Part shown: in pieces, positions 14,057 to 27,060 of the stretch
Layout: every line of letters starts with the position of its first letter
Position numbering within the stretch: the first letter of the stretch is position 1
Source: Felis catus
Taxonomy: Eukaryota
Length of the DNA stretch: 64,000 bases
Reading direction: 5' to 3'
Assembly (NCBI RefSeq): GCF_018350175.1
Contig: NC_058368.1
Location: forward strand, 156,056,001-156,120,000
Program-made: the position numbers and the translations under genes
Notes under the pieces: generated by a model
What the model was told of the DNA's origin: nothing
What the model saw: only the letters and a program-made list of their open reading frames with translations
Databases searched by the model: none

Positions 14057-14933
14057 TATGTTTTTAATATTCTGCATGATGGAATGAGAAGGGCACAGAA
14101 AGCACTTCCACTATTTACCATAGTGCAACGATTGTTTAGAGGAAAAGCACTTGCATGGCCGAGTTGCAGGTTGAACTAGCCACTTTTGTCTTAGAATACT
14201 ATTTTCACTTGAAAGAACAAGTGACAGATATCTGACACATATTTCCTCAAGGATGAACACAGTGAGACAGCTATTTCAGGGAAAGCAAATGACAGTTATT
14301 ATTGTCAATGATGAAATTCAAACATGAAAGCAACATCAGAATTTTGAAAAACTTGTATTTGCTACCATATACTTGTCAACTTCCTAAATTTGAAGATTTT
14401 TCTAATGAGATCAGTGGTGATATTAACAATTATAATTTTTTGATATTGTATATGGGAGGCATCAACATTTGAAGATTTATATAACTCAGTTATATCTTCC
14501 GAATGAGCCAATACATGAAGCTACTTAATGTTACATGTGGTAAAAGATCTATCTGAAGTGCAAGATACGGTTTCAGATTCCATGTTGCAACCAACCTTTA
14601 AGCTCACCCCTTGTGGAGTTTTGGTATAGTATTAAAATGAAGTAATGATAAAAATATGCCTACCTATCTGTGTGAGGCCAGATTCTTTCCCATATACTTC
14701 AACCAAAGCAACATATCAAAACAGATTCTATGCAGAATCAGATTCAAGAATCCAGCTGCACTAAGCCAAGCATTAAAGAAGTTTACAAAAAATGTAAAGC
14801 AATGCCACTCTTACCACTGTATTTTTTTTGTTTTGAAAATAGTTTGTTTCATAAAACATGACTTACGTTAATGTACAACTGACATTGTTATTTCCACATA
14901 CACTAACAAATACCTTTAAAATTTCTCAGTTTT

Positions 14934-15121
14934 GGGGTGCCTGGGTGGCTCAGTCTGTTGGGCTTCTGACTTTGGCTCAGGTCATGAGTTTGAGCCCCAT
15001 GCCGGGCTCTGTGCTGACAGCTCGGAGCCTGGAGCCTGCTTCAGATTCTATGTCTCCCTCTCTCTCTGCTCTTCCTCCTCATTCTGTCTTTGTCACAAAT
15101 AAATAAACATTAAAAAAAATT
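14934..15121 (+). mobile_element. Can-SINE (SINEC_Fc-type)
   Basis: ggggtgcctgggtggctcagtc head, CT-rich region, A tail; TSD aatttctcag. Confidence 0.95.
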
Positions 15122-17424
15122 TAATTTCTCAGATTTAATTTCTAACAAAGTAAATATTGATAGAAATAACCACGTAAAAGCTTTTTGGGGTCCTCAACAA
15201 TTTTTAGGAATGTAAAAGAGTCCTGGGATGAAACATTTGAGAACCATTGCAGTAGATGCTCAATAAATGTCTGGTGAGTTACTGAATCAGCGAAGCAACA
15301 CAAAGGAAACAAGGAAGGTTGTGATTATCTAAGCCTAGCTTTTGATTAGGGGTTTACTCTTGTGGGCTGACTCAAATAGCTGGCCGTTAACACTCCCATC
15401 ACCACAATGTGAAATAAATGAGGATTAAATCCGACTCGGTTTCAGAAAACAATGAGGTGTTCTGGCAGAGACAAGTCAACTGAAGCTTAGTTTTACATGG
15501 AGTAAGATTAATTATTGTTTAAAAATGCCAAATAAAAGAGGCTTCACAGAGTAAATGCCTCGCCTGCCTCACCTTGCAGTGGTTCCAAATGTCAGGCAAG
15601 GTTTTTAAAAACCACTCTTGGACTTCCATGACATTGCTTTGGAAAATGTGAGTTATGAATACCACTACATGGTATGTTTCCTGGGAGGCTGGATCACCAA
15701 CCGCACAATATTGGCAGGTAGCCAGTCTACTAGCATTGAAGCTGTGCTGTCACAACACAACTCCTCTGGGCGGGATGGGTGTGGGATGGCAGTGGAATAC
15801 TCAAGCAGCTGCTGCATGGTGAAGTGAAGTGGGGCAACCACAAGGGGAGGAGACGGGAGCAACACTTCAAAGGAGCACTGAATTACAATGTCAAAAACAT
15901 GTGGCAAAGTTGTTGACTGCCAAGAACCCACAGCAGCGGACAGACTGGTCTGCTATGCCACAAATAGAAACAGGGTGGCTCTTTTCGAGCAAAGGCATTG
16001 GGCCAAATGAGACTAAGAGGCAAATAGCAGCTGCAGCCCCATATCAAAGGAGGGTCTTTATAATATATTCTATGAGAGGAGGATTGTTGGTCATGCTCTC
16101 CCTGTCTATTCAGCCACACCTGCACAGATAGACATCAGAAGCCCAATCCTGAAAATTGAAGCACTCTGATGAATAAATGGCACACAATTTCTCAATAATA
16201 TCTTTTTTCCCCCTGAGAGTTCCCTTATTTATGCCTCTTATGGCTTAGACTGTTTTCAGCCTGTCATTCTAGTTATAATTATACAAATTTGATTCTTCCA
16301 TATCTAGTGTAAACTTACTGAAGACTACTCAATTACCTTTCAAAGTCCACAGCACCGGGCTATATGTATAGTAGGTGCTCAATAAACACCAGTTGAACAA
16401 CTTAGCTAAGTAGCTTCGTTAACATTGCAAGTGTCAAAAATCTCCTGTCATAACCCTATTCCTCTGTTTGTTCATTCAACAAATATTTACTGAGCTTCTG
16501 CCACATGCAAGGTAATACGCTAGACTATGTTGACTGTTTAATTTGAAATAGACATAGGTATTTGACTCAAAGTCTCCAGAGTTCAATAATCCAAATTATT
16601 CTCTTTACTGAGAACTAAGGACATAATGAACACTTTGTCCTTCTTGACCATCAACATCACTATGTCTGTGGAAAACAATGAGAGGGAAAGAGCAGGATCA
16701 AATCCACAAAAGACATATGCAAGGAGAAAAAAAAATGTTAGGCTTACTTTGCTATAAGTGCAAGGATGAATAGGATGTTATCCATATAAAATAGATATAG
16801 TGATATAGAATAGAAAAGATGAGCCCAAAAAACATGGTGTGCTCATTTAATGAGCCAATTTGAGTCCACAGCTAGAAGCAACATAGCTCAACTGAGAAAA
16901 AAGACTACTTAGGAATTTACAAGAACTTACAAACTTCTTGTACCATATAGAGAATACAAAGAAAATTTGCAGGTGGTAAGATTAGTTCACATTGGTAAAT
17001 ATAACAGAATAGGGTTGTGGAGTTTCCTTTTCAGTGTTGTGTTTTGTTTTCCCTAATATAAGGTTAATTATCAGTAGGAGATGATTGAACTCTCTCACCC
17101 TTAGCAATTGTTGGGACCCTTTAGGACCCTTTCAAGTCACATGACTATCAGCGAAAAAGAACGTAACAGGGTTTATAAACAATATACCAATTTAATCAGT
17201 TTTACTAGAAAGTCAAAAGAATAATCACTGACATTGTCACATCACCACCTGAATTTACATTTATTCTTTCATTTCAACAAAATAATTACTGAGTGCACAA
17301 TGTTCCAGCACTGAGCTAGTTAATACATCACTAGATGAAGAGGCAAGTTCTCTACCTTTAAGGGGCTTACAGAATAGGGAGTGTCATATAAGTGATTCCA
17401 GCATTTTATTACAGTTATAATGAG

Positions 17425-17907
17425 GCTGTTCAGGTATGCTTCTTTGTATGCTAGATCCAGAAAGCCCCACTCAAACTATCTTAAGGAAAAACTCACTGGT
17501 TAAGGTAAGAGCAGCAATAGATTCTCAGAGAATAATAGGAAACCATTTTCTTGATTTCACTTGAGCTTCCTTGGGGTTTCTTCATTTTTAGACAACCTCC
17601 CCCACCCCTACTTGCAGAAGAAAGGAGCTCATGTGTTGCACATGCCGTATACCTGAAGAGAAATCAAAGCCTTAGAATATAGTATTATCGGCCCTGATTA
17701 GGATAATGTTAATCATGTGCCCATTTCTGAGCCAATCCCAGAGGCTAGAGGGATCAAATGCCCTGATAAACTCAGCTCCCAGCTCAGTCACCTTTCTCTT
17801 AGGCACACAGGTATGGGAGGAGTGATTCCCCAAAGCACAGACAGGGTACTATTGCCTCACAAAGGAAGGAGGGGTGCTGAACAGCTAAGACAACAAATGT
17901 CTACTAC
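17425..17907 (-). mobile_element. MLT1 (MLT1J/K-like) MaLR LTR
   Basis: cagaaagccccactcaaact, tcatgtgcccatttctgagccaatc, caacaaatgtctactac. Confidence 0.7.
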
Positions 17908-19172
17908 CTGGGAATATACATGCTTGACAACATGTTCAAGAAATAGTCTTGGAGAACATTGTGGGGATAGTGCACCGGCCTAAGCATTTTTCAAGATTAA
18001 AAAGCTGTTGACAAAAAGCTTATAATCTAGAAAGGAAGACAGGAAGATATACAGATAAAACATAAAGAAGAACTCCTCTGTACTTTGGAGTTGTTGGAAT
18101 AGAGTTCATTTCCCACTGGAGAAATCAGGAAAGCCCCCAGAAGGAAAGAGCCTTCTATGGGTGCTAAAGAACAGGCTCTACTTGCCCTAATATAATCTCA
18201 TCCTAACCTCAAGTAATACAATTTCTCCTTATTCTGGAATGACCTTTGAATACCCTTTATCACCTTGCTCTAAAAACTCTATCTTCATGAGATGACCAAC
18301 TTTCCCAGTCGTGGTTACAGGCAGAAAGATTAGGATCACCATTAATAATGGTGCCTCCCTTCAACTTGGGGCCCAAGACTGAATCGCTACTCAAAGAATC
18401 TTGGTTGAATGAATGGATGAATGAGTATTTGAATGAACAAGTATATGGCAACATGCTAATGGGTAATAGATGAGATTCCTGTGGTCATGTAATGTCAATT
18501 TAAAAGACATGACTAAACCTTGCCTACAACAAGGTGTCTCTCTACAGGTTCATATGGAGGCCCCTTGCTCCCTCAGATAGCCCTCTGAGGCTCATCAGTG
18601 GCATCATTTACACAGCTCGCATTGTGTGTCATGAAATCCAACCTGGCATCCACCACACCTTCAGCCTTTCGGCATAAAACAAAGTGCAGCTTCCCCCACA
18701 GAGCATCGTGATTAAACAAATTAACTATGGCGCTGCCTGCAAACACACACACTAGAGTACAGGAAATGAACAGATACAATGGCCAAGTCTGTATTTAATT
18801 TTAATTAAATTTCATTCTGTAGCTCAATTAATCCACATCTCCAAATGTCAGCAGGACTTAGGCAAATGGAATGACATCTGCTGCACCGCACAGGACTATA
18901 AAACCTTCACTGCATGCTAGGTCTCTGGAAGCACACCAGGAAAAATGAAATATCTTTATTAAGTGTGTGGTAATGTATAGAAGTCTAACTCAGAGCCTAA
19001 TGAAAGAACATAAACTAGGAAAGAAAATTAGACTAAGAACGTGAGTGGTTACGGGTATGGCAAATATTGCTCAATATCCTGCCTAGTGTTATTTATTGTT
19101 TTAAAGTTGCATTTAGCTTTATAGCTGTTTCCTTTAATATTTACTTAGTGGGCTTCCCAATCGTCCAGGTTG

Positions 19173-19193
19173 GTGTGTGTGTGTGTGTGTGTG
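19173..19193. repeat. (GT)n microsatellite
   Basis: About 10 GT units. Confidence 0.9.
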
Positions 19194-19679
19194 GTGTGCT
19201 TTAACTGGCACAGATTTCTTTCTTGAGAAAAGGGAATTACTGGAGTAGAAGTGATCTTTCTACACAGATTATGGAAAAAACCAATTTGCGAGGCAAGGCC
19301 ATTTGTTAGAAGAAGCCAGAGAGGTATAGCAGGAAGAGTGTGGGGTCTGACAACCTAGATTAAAAATTTTGTTCTGCCACTTACAGTATCAGATTAGAAG
19401 CTTGAAAAAAAACCCAAACATTATTAATTAGTGAGACTGTTCTTAGCCTGACAATGAATGGTTTTGGGAAATGTCTGTGTAGTGTTTTTAGAAGACATCA
19501 ATGTGATCACTACTGTTGGATAGTAAGAAAGAGATGAATCTTATTAAAATAAATTTGCTCAGCATTTTGTGCCAGGTACTGTGCTAGAAATAGAAACACA
19601 ATGATGAATAAGACATGGTCCCTTCTCTGGAAAAGGGAGAGGAACAAGTGAAAAATAATCAGAATAAAATGTAACAATA

Positions 19680-19894
19680 TTTTTTTAAAAAAATTTAATG
19701 TTTATTTTTGAGAGAGAGAGTGTAAGCTCGGGAGGGGCAGAGGGAGAGAGAGAGGGAGACACTGAAAAAGAAGCAGGCTCCAGGCTCTGAGCTGTCAGCA
19801 CAAAGCCCGACATGGGGCTTGAACCCATGGGACTGCAAGATCATGACCTGAACCAGAGTTGGACGCTTAACCGACTGAGCAACCCAGGCGCCCC
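19680..19894 (-). mobile_element. Can-SINE (SINEC_Fc-type)
   Basis: Ends ggacgcttaaccgactgagcaacccaggcgcccc; T-rich tail on the left. Confidence 0.95.
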
Positions 19895-20117
19895 AAAATA
19901 TGACAACTTTCTATCAGAGAGAGATGCCCATATACTTATGCAAGCCCTGGAGTACTGCCTAAAGCCTGAGGGTAGGGCTTGTAATGACTCTGACACACAA
20001 ATGGGCTTTGAGCAGATAAATAGCAGGGAAAAAAGCGGAGGGAAAAGCATGAGCAAAGAAAGGTTGGGGAAAGTAGTTTGTTTTCTACTTTGGGAAAGAA
20101 AAGAGCTCAAGGTCTAC

Positions 20118-20123
<6 letters not shown>

Positions 20124-20156
<33 letters not shown>
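20124..20156. repeat. (GA)n microsatellite
   Basis: About 16 AG units. Confidence 0.95.
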
Positions 20157-20159
<3 letters not shown>

Positions 20160-20320
20160 AGAGACGAAGGTACTCTGAGATCTGAACGGCTACCACTGCC
20201 TGGACTGTGAAGAAGTCAGGATTTGATCCTGGAGACAACAAGAAATTGAAGGGCTCTGGGCAAGGGGAAGTGTTATCAGGTCTGTGTTGGGAAGTGCGGT
20301 GTGGAGTATGGAGCAGAGGG

Positions 20321-20804
20321 CGGAGGGTGACAGAATATGCCACCAAACTAGGCCACTTCAGCATAAGCATTATTTTGATCTTAAAGACACTTCAAAGGCT
20401 GCACATACAAGAAGGTCACCCTGATCTCCCCTTTCCTTCCTGGAAGCAGGAGATAAAGCTCTCAAGGGAACGATGTTCTCTTTGTACCAGGGGGAAAGAA
20501 ACATTCTTGTCAGCAGAGGCGGGGAGTCAAGGCTGAGGGTAATCTGTACAGACAGACTTTGTTAACCTAACTCTTATCTTTTTTAGTCCCCCCATATATT
20601 TTCGTTACTTTTCCACAGTTGCTACTCTGCTCAACACAAGCACTTAGGTCTAATTAGACCTCTTTGGGTCTTCATTTTCTTATTCGGGTTCCCATGCACA
20701 TGTAAAAAAATCTATATGATCTTCTCCTGTTGATCTAATTTACATCAAATTAATTCTCGGGCCCAAGCAGAGACTGAGAGAATAGAAAGTTTTGCTTCTC
20801 CCAC
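20321..20804 (+). mobile_element. solo ERV1 LTR, MER34/CarLTR-like
   Basis: Start cagaatatgccacc...gcataagcattattttga, later ctttgggtcttcattt, end tttgcttctcccaca; flanks aggg / agga resemble a 4-bp TSD. Confidence 0.8.
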
Positions 20805-23041
20805 AAGGACAAACTCTTTGAACATGGAGACCAGCAGGAAGGGATTCCTGGCTTCTACTAAATCCACACTAATGTGGAGGCCTCTGCAAAGGAGGACAGG
20901 GGAAATTGAGTTCTTATTTGCATGCTCGAGAATGGGCTAAATAGGGTAAGATGAAGACTGGTGATGGCTCATACAGACATGAGAAAGGCCTTGCAGATTG
21001 TTAGTATAACAGATAGATGGGCTGTTGTTGTCATGAAAAAATGGAAGGAGAGAGGAATAGAGGACCCTCAATATCAGTGGACCCCGCAGCTAGGCGTTGT
21101 TATCCTCTGCTTAGAAGCTATGAAACACCAGCCTTTCCCCTAACTCCTACTTTCTATTAATGGGAATTCTTTTCCTAAGCCTACTATTGTCCTCTCTCTG
21201 TTCCTTTACTCATTTTGTTCAAGGGGGAGATGCAACTGCTTAACTTACAGATACACTTGGGAATAACTAATATCAGGTCATGCCCACAGGACCCTTTTTC
21301 TCCTGTGATCCGCCTCAATAGCTAGATAAGCATAATTGTGGGGCTCAGGAACCTACATCCTCTGACACCGTCTCAGAGCAAAGGTGACATTTTTAGTTCT
21401 GTTTGACACTATTTTGTTTCTCAAACTGTTGAAGACCTGAGTGGAAAAGAGGAGTACTGTATATTGTGCACACACACCCCCACCCCCGCCTCTCAGAGAC
21501 TCCAATGGTGAGGAAATAATTTTGGGTCTTTATTCTGGTGTTTGGGACCATTCTATACCCAAAAGAAGCAAGAGGAAGGATCAGCCACATTATTTATGTA
21601 AAGCCTTCAACAAGACAGACAGAACCTGGCGAATGTAACCAGAGGAAGCAAACGCTTGGTTAAATGAGGAGCTAAGCACAGAGAAACTGCAGGTTTTCTG
21701 TTCATTCAGGAAAGAAAACAGCAAAGAGAGGAGGGCCTCCTCACCTCGGTGATGGCTGTGGTTCAATCAGAGGTAGAACGTCTGTTGACTTTAAAATTCA
21801 GAATATCAGAAATATGGATTTGTTACCTTACAAAACTAGCATGGTAGTCTTACTGAATACGGGCCAGGTAGGGTTTTGTGGGTTGGTCAGACAACCTTTG
21901 ATTTACTGTAACATTATAATAATAATAATAGTTTGCTGCCTTAAAAAAAGCATCATGACTTTTAAGAACTAATTTGCAAAACAATAATTCTCAAACAACT
22001 TGTTTGTAAAGTGGAGACTCACTGGAATGCTATAAAACATATATAAGCAAAAATAGAAAGAAATCAATTTAAGAGGAAAGAAGACCCTAAAGACAAAATA
22101 GACAGTCTAGTATTCTCATTTACAACAATTCAATGATAAAGACTCAGGGATCCTACAGAAACTAATTATCTATGAAAGCTAGTTTTTTTCACTATATGTA
22201 AATATTTCGGGGGGAGAATAAAGGCTCTTTGTATTTCGTTGTACCGTGTATTTCAGATTTTCTTTTCTGTTTCTCATAACTTGGTCTTTATTCTCTCCTT
22301 TTCATATGCCTATCTAAAATTTTAACTCTCTTCTAATTAAATATTTTTATTCAGATTATGTGCTTACATAAAACAGTATAATGCTTTAGGAAAGATAAAG
22401 CTTATCTGACAAAAGAAAACGTGGACTGAAACGTACTACTAAACTTCAATTTATTAATTATTAAAAACTTAAAGATAACCTAATTATGAAATTTGATTCT
22501 GGAAAATTCATCAAGAAGAATTTTCTAGCTCTGCTATGCTACACCACTGAATTTTAAATTCAGCATATGAAGATGTGGCACTGAAATTGCACCTAATAAA
22601 AATGTACAGGAAGTAACAATTAGCTTCCAACTATCTCATAATCCCGTCTAGTGAGACACTGAATTGACATGTGGTTTCTAGCATATTAATGAATTTGAAA
22701 CAGGAATCAATAATGTACCACTAATTTAATCAGGGTTAAAGTTGGCTTTCTTCTTGCCAGAAAGACAATGAGACAGATTGATGTTATAATGGTCCAAATA
22801 TGTAAAAGTGAAGAATTGAAGTTGTAAAAAAAAAAAAAAAGAAAGAAAAAGAAAACAAAAGCAAACTTTAATTGAGTCAATGAGTTGAACTGCCTCTAAC
22901 AATCGATTCTAATGTATAATGCGAACAAGTACATTAAAACATTTCTAGTTGCATCATTTCATGGCTTGTTTGCATTGAGTTGTAAGGATGCCATATACAA
23001 AATTAGGTATGAAAAACTGGAATTTAGAAGTACCTACTTAT

Positions 23042-23242
23042 GGGGCACCTGGGTGGCTCAGTCAGTTAAGGCTCTGACTTCGGCTCAGGTCATGATCTCA
23101 TGGTTGGTGGGTTTGTGCCCCCTGTTGGGCTCTGTGCTGACAGCTTAAAGCCTGGAGCCTGCTTCAGATTCTGTCTCCCTCTTCTCTTTCTGCCCCTCCC
23201 CTGCTTCTCTGTCTCAAAAATAAACAGGAAAAAAAAAAAAAA
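23042..23242 (+). mobile_element. Can-SINE (SINEC_Fc-type)
   Basis: ggggcacctgggtggctcagtcagttaag head; TSD agaa(g/a)tacctactta. Confidence 0.95.
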
Positions 23243-24965
23243 GAAATACCTACTTAGACTACTGAATGTTTACTACATTTTTCAAGGAACTGTAAAAGAC
23301 AATACCTAACTACGAAGTTGTGTGATTCCAGCAAGGATGTTTTTGAAACAAAATAACATTGACACTAACTTAGAGTATTTAGTGAGGTTTTTCTTAAAGT
23401 CCGGGATCCTGAGTTTAGAGCTCCATCGATGTTTCTTGTACCATGGAAGGGTCCAGGAATTTAGGCAACTTGTATTTATGATAGTGTGAAGTTGGTGGAA
23501 ATAATTTGTCTTGAATGATCACTATTTCTTAAGTGAGATTTTTTTACTACAAATGAAGTTAAAATATATCTTTTTAGACATTAAAGTTAAACATACACGG
23601 TTAAATGTCAATTCTTTTTTTCCTTAAATTATCTGTACAATTTCCTCAATTTTTAATATTGTTCCCACATATGTGACAATGGGAAGCCACTGCATAAATT
23701 ACAGATTTTCCTATCTTTTACCCTAAGTTTCTAAGATGGAGAACAAAAGGTCACATAATATAAATTAGTTTTTCAATAACATTCCTTTATATTTTATCAA
23801 AATAAAATATGAAATCCCACCATGTCAAAATCTTACACATGAGCCTAAGCAACTTAAAGGGCCAATATAGCACTGATATTATAAGTAATGAATAATTAAT
23901 TAGTAATAGGCTCTCAGAAAAAGTCACCAAATTTTCTAGATACTTATTTATGCTTAAGTAAGTATTTTACACATTACGTAATATTTAAGTAAGCTTTTTT
24001 AGGAGACAACAAGAGACTAATATGGACTAACAAAATCTCAAAATAAGACCAGCAAAGTTTAGTGAATAAAAGCAAAATTTAGAGAGGTTTGAAAGTCTAC
24101 TTCTTGGTCTTGATTTTGCCCTTCTACTAGAGATCCATGGCTAGCTAGATACTCCATTCAAAACCAAAGGATCATGTAAGGATGAGTGTGGCATAATATA
24201 TATAAAATACCATGGAAAGAATAGGCTTTACATGGAACATTGTAATAGTAGAGAGTCACTAACATTTAAAATGGGATCCATATTAGAAATCACTATACAT
24301 CAACTACATCACCCATCATTCCTCTCTTCTGTTTCCTTCCCACTTTTCCTATCCTATTCTATTCATCTTTCCTTACTCCAGCATAACCCTTCCCTCCCCC
24401 TTTTCTCCTTTATTTCCCCTTCCTCCTTCCCTTCTTCTTCCCATCCTATTCCTTACTGAATGGAAATTGTCAGGCATCATGCTAGGTATCAAGGGAAGAT
24501 AATTAGAATCAGATTAACTATCTTTTAAGAGTATATCACAACTTTTACAGGAGGGCCAGACACCTAAACGTATATCTGTCATTCAATGTGATAATTGTGA
24601 TGAAGTGGAGGGAAGTCTAAGGTAGGGCACCTAAAATCAGCTAGCTCGCTGGATGAGATGAACCCTGAGATGCATTTTAGAGACCAGAGCACCAGTATGA
24701 TTAACTAGGAAAAAGGAATGGAGAAATAGGTTTCAGGCAGAAAGCATAACATGAATGAAGACCCAGGGAACACAAAGCACCAGTGCCTGCTCAGCCACAT
24801 TTGGTAGCCTGGGGAGTTACAGGGCTAGTTTTATATTTTACAAAGTTCACACCGGTACCAGAGTGAAAGGTAAGTTTAAAAAGAATAAAACAGGGGTTCA
24901 GAAAACCATTTGGTAGTATTTTTCTACTAGGTCCCAGATGAGGGATGCCTGTTGGTCATAAAGTA

Positions 24966-25173
24966 TTTCTTTCCAAGTTTATTTATTTTGAGAGAGAGGA
25001 GAGAGAGCAAGTAGGGGAAGGCAGAGGGAGCGGAGAGGGAGAGAATCCCAAGCAGGCTCCGCACTGTCAGTGCACAGCCCCATGTGGGGCTCAACCTGAG
25101 GAATCTTTGAGATTATGACTTGAGCAGAAATCAAGAGTCAGATGCTCAACCTGCTGAGTGACACAGGTGCCCC
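24966..25173 (-). mobile_element. Can-SINE
   Basis: gagaatcccaagcaggctcc...aaatcaagagtcagatgctcaac; TSD ctgttggtca(t/g)aaagta. Confidence 0.95.
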
Positions 25174-26209
25174 CTGTTGGTCAGAAAGTAAAGAGCACTA
25201 AACAACAACCCTAGCAGTTACCAAATCCTACCCCTGGCTTCTCTCCTCCCAGTTCAGAACTCTCTCCACCATGCCAGAAACACAGTTTCTTATCCTGTGG
25301 TGAAACAGAAGTGCTTTGGTTATAGGCTCGGTTAACTACATGTAACTCTGTGAAGGATAAGTCTTTTGCAAAGACCCGATTCACGAGCTCTGGGATCTTG
25401 GTTCCACATTTTTTATACGGAGCAACTCAAGACTCATCTGTTATGTGTATATGGCACAACACACTCATCTCGTACACAGACTTGTGCCACATTAGGAGGA
25501 GGAAAAAGTCAACTGGAGCCCTGGTTGTTATATTCACCGTTATCAGATATTGGAAGCCACTGAATATAAGCCTCTTGTTTCCACAACAGGGGGTGTGGGT
25601 CTTCTCCTGGTGGACTCCCTTTGTGTGAAGTCTCTTGGTGCTGCTCCTTCTGATGCCCAAATAGCTGCGCCATCACACCCCCAACTGCTGGTGCCACAGT
25701 AACATTTCAGGTAATGAGGTAAGGGGCGCACTTGAGTTCTTTATGTGCCAAGAGGAGAAAAATTAATTTTCAGTGCTAAAAAGATAGGACTGCTGGTGCA
25801 GACGGTCACTAACCACCACCAGCTGCTCCATAGATTTGGAGTTTGGAAAAGGAAGCCCATTTCAGAATCAGTAATATAACTCTAGGACATGAGAAACCAA
25901 ACTGTATCAGTGTTTTGAGCAAGAAGACAGTGTCCAAATCATACTAAACAGCTGGATAATTTGACAAAAATATCAACAATTCAGTTCATGCATACACTAA
26001 ACTTCTAAATACCTCAATATATACAGAAAATCATAAATGACAAAAATACTGTTTGCATTAGTAGGCCTATAAATAGACTTAAAATATGCATCTGTGGGAT
26101 TTATTTGCAAAACGGCAGTTTTAGGATCCTGAGGTCTTTTGGGTGGAGCCAGGAGAGAATGGGGTAACTACACAGTCTTCCTGAATGCCAACAGAAAGTC
26201 CAGTGATTT

Positions 26210-26211
<2 letters not shown>

Positions 26212-26250
<39 letters not shown>
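26212..26250. repeat. (CA)n microsatellite
   Basis: About 19 AC units. Confidence 0.95.
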
Positions 26251-26252
<2 letters not shown>

Positions 26253-26290
26253 CATACCTAAAAGCATATTCATACACTTTGTGTCATTTA

Positions 26291-26500
26291 TTTATTTATT
26301 TTTTAATGTTTATTTTGGGGACAGAGAGAGACAGAGCATGAACGGGGGAGGGGCAGAGAGAGAGGGAGACACAGAATCGGAAGCAGGCTTCAGTCTCTGA
26401 GCCATCAGCCCAGAGCCTGACGCGGGGCTCGACTCACGGACCGCGAGATCGTGACCTGAGCTGAAGTCACGCTTAACCGACTGAGCCACCCAGGCGCTCC
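26291..26500 (-). mobile_element. young Can-SINE (SINEC_Fc)
   Basis: CpG-rich copy; TSD acactttgtgtcattta on both sides. Confidence 0.95.
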
Positions 26501-26553
26501 ACACTTTGTGTCATTTAAATACAGACATGGATTTTTAAATAGTGCATTGAATA

Positions 26554-26795
26554 AGGGCGCCTAAGTGGCTCAGCCGGCTGAGCATCCGACTTTGGCTCAG
26601 GTCATGATCTCATGGTTTGTGGGTTCAAGCCCCAAAATGGGCTTTGCCGCTGACTGTGTGGAGCCTGCTTCAGATTCTCTGTCTCCTTTCTCTCTCTGCC
26701 CCTACCCTGCTTGTGCTCTCTCTCTCAAACAAAACAAAACAAAACAAAACAAAACAAAACATGAAAAAAACAAAAAAAACGACATTAAAAAATTT
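26554..26795 (+). mobile_element. Can-SINE with (CAAAA)n tail
   Basis: gggcgcctaagtggctcagccgg head; (caaaa)n at about 26727-26760. Confidence 0.95.
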
Positions 26796-26839
26796 AAATT
26801 GATACAGAGTAAGATAGCCACATATAGCTAAGTACACCT

Positions 26840-27060
26840 TTAAAAAGGACTTGTCCTTCCAGATATTAAGACGTACAATAAAGTCCTAATAATAAAAAGT
26901 CACGTTGAATTGGTAAAAAAAAAAACAGACAAACTGATGAATGGAAGAGAACAGAGAGCTCAGAGATAGACCCAGGAATATATGTGAATTTAATAAATGA
27001 GGAAAGTAGCATCACAAATCACTTTCAGCAGAGGAAGGGGAATGAGCAACTAGGAAAAAT
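26840..27060 (+). mobile_element. L1M ORF2 fragment
   Basis: ggacttgtccttccagatattaagac...aatggaagagaacagagagctcagagatagaccca is typical of L1 ORF2 3-prime DNA. Confidence 0.7.

Larger units (their letters stand above)
13512..15249. mobile_element. Charlie1-type (Charlie1a-like) hAT DNA transposon, internally deleted, interrupted by two SINEs
   Basis: TIR-like ends cagaggttctcaaa / tttgagaaccattg; flanking 8-mers cagtaagt / cagtagat (decayed 8-bp TSD); Charlie1 motifs gcagtggcaccaaac, gaggaaaagcacttg, tgtgtgaggccagatt. Confidence 0.85.
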
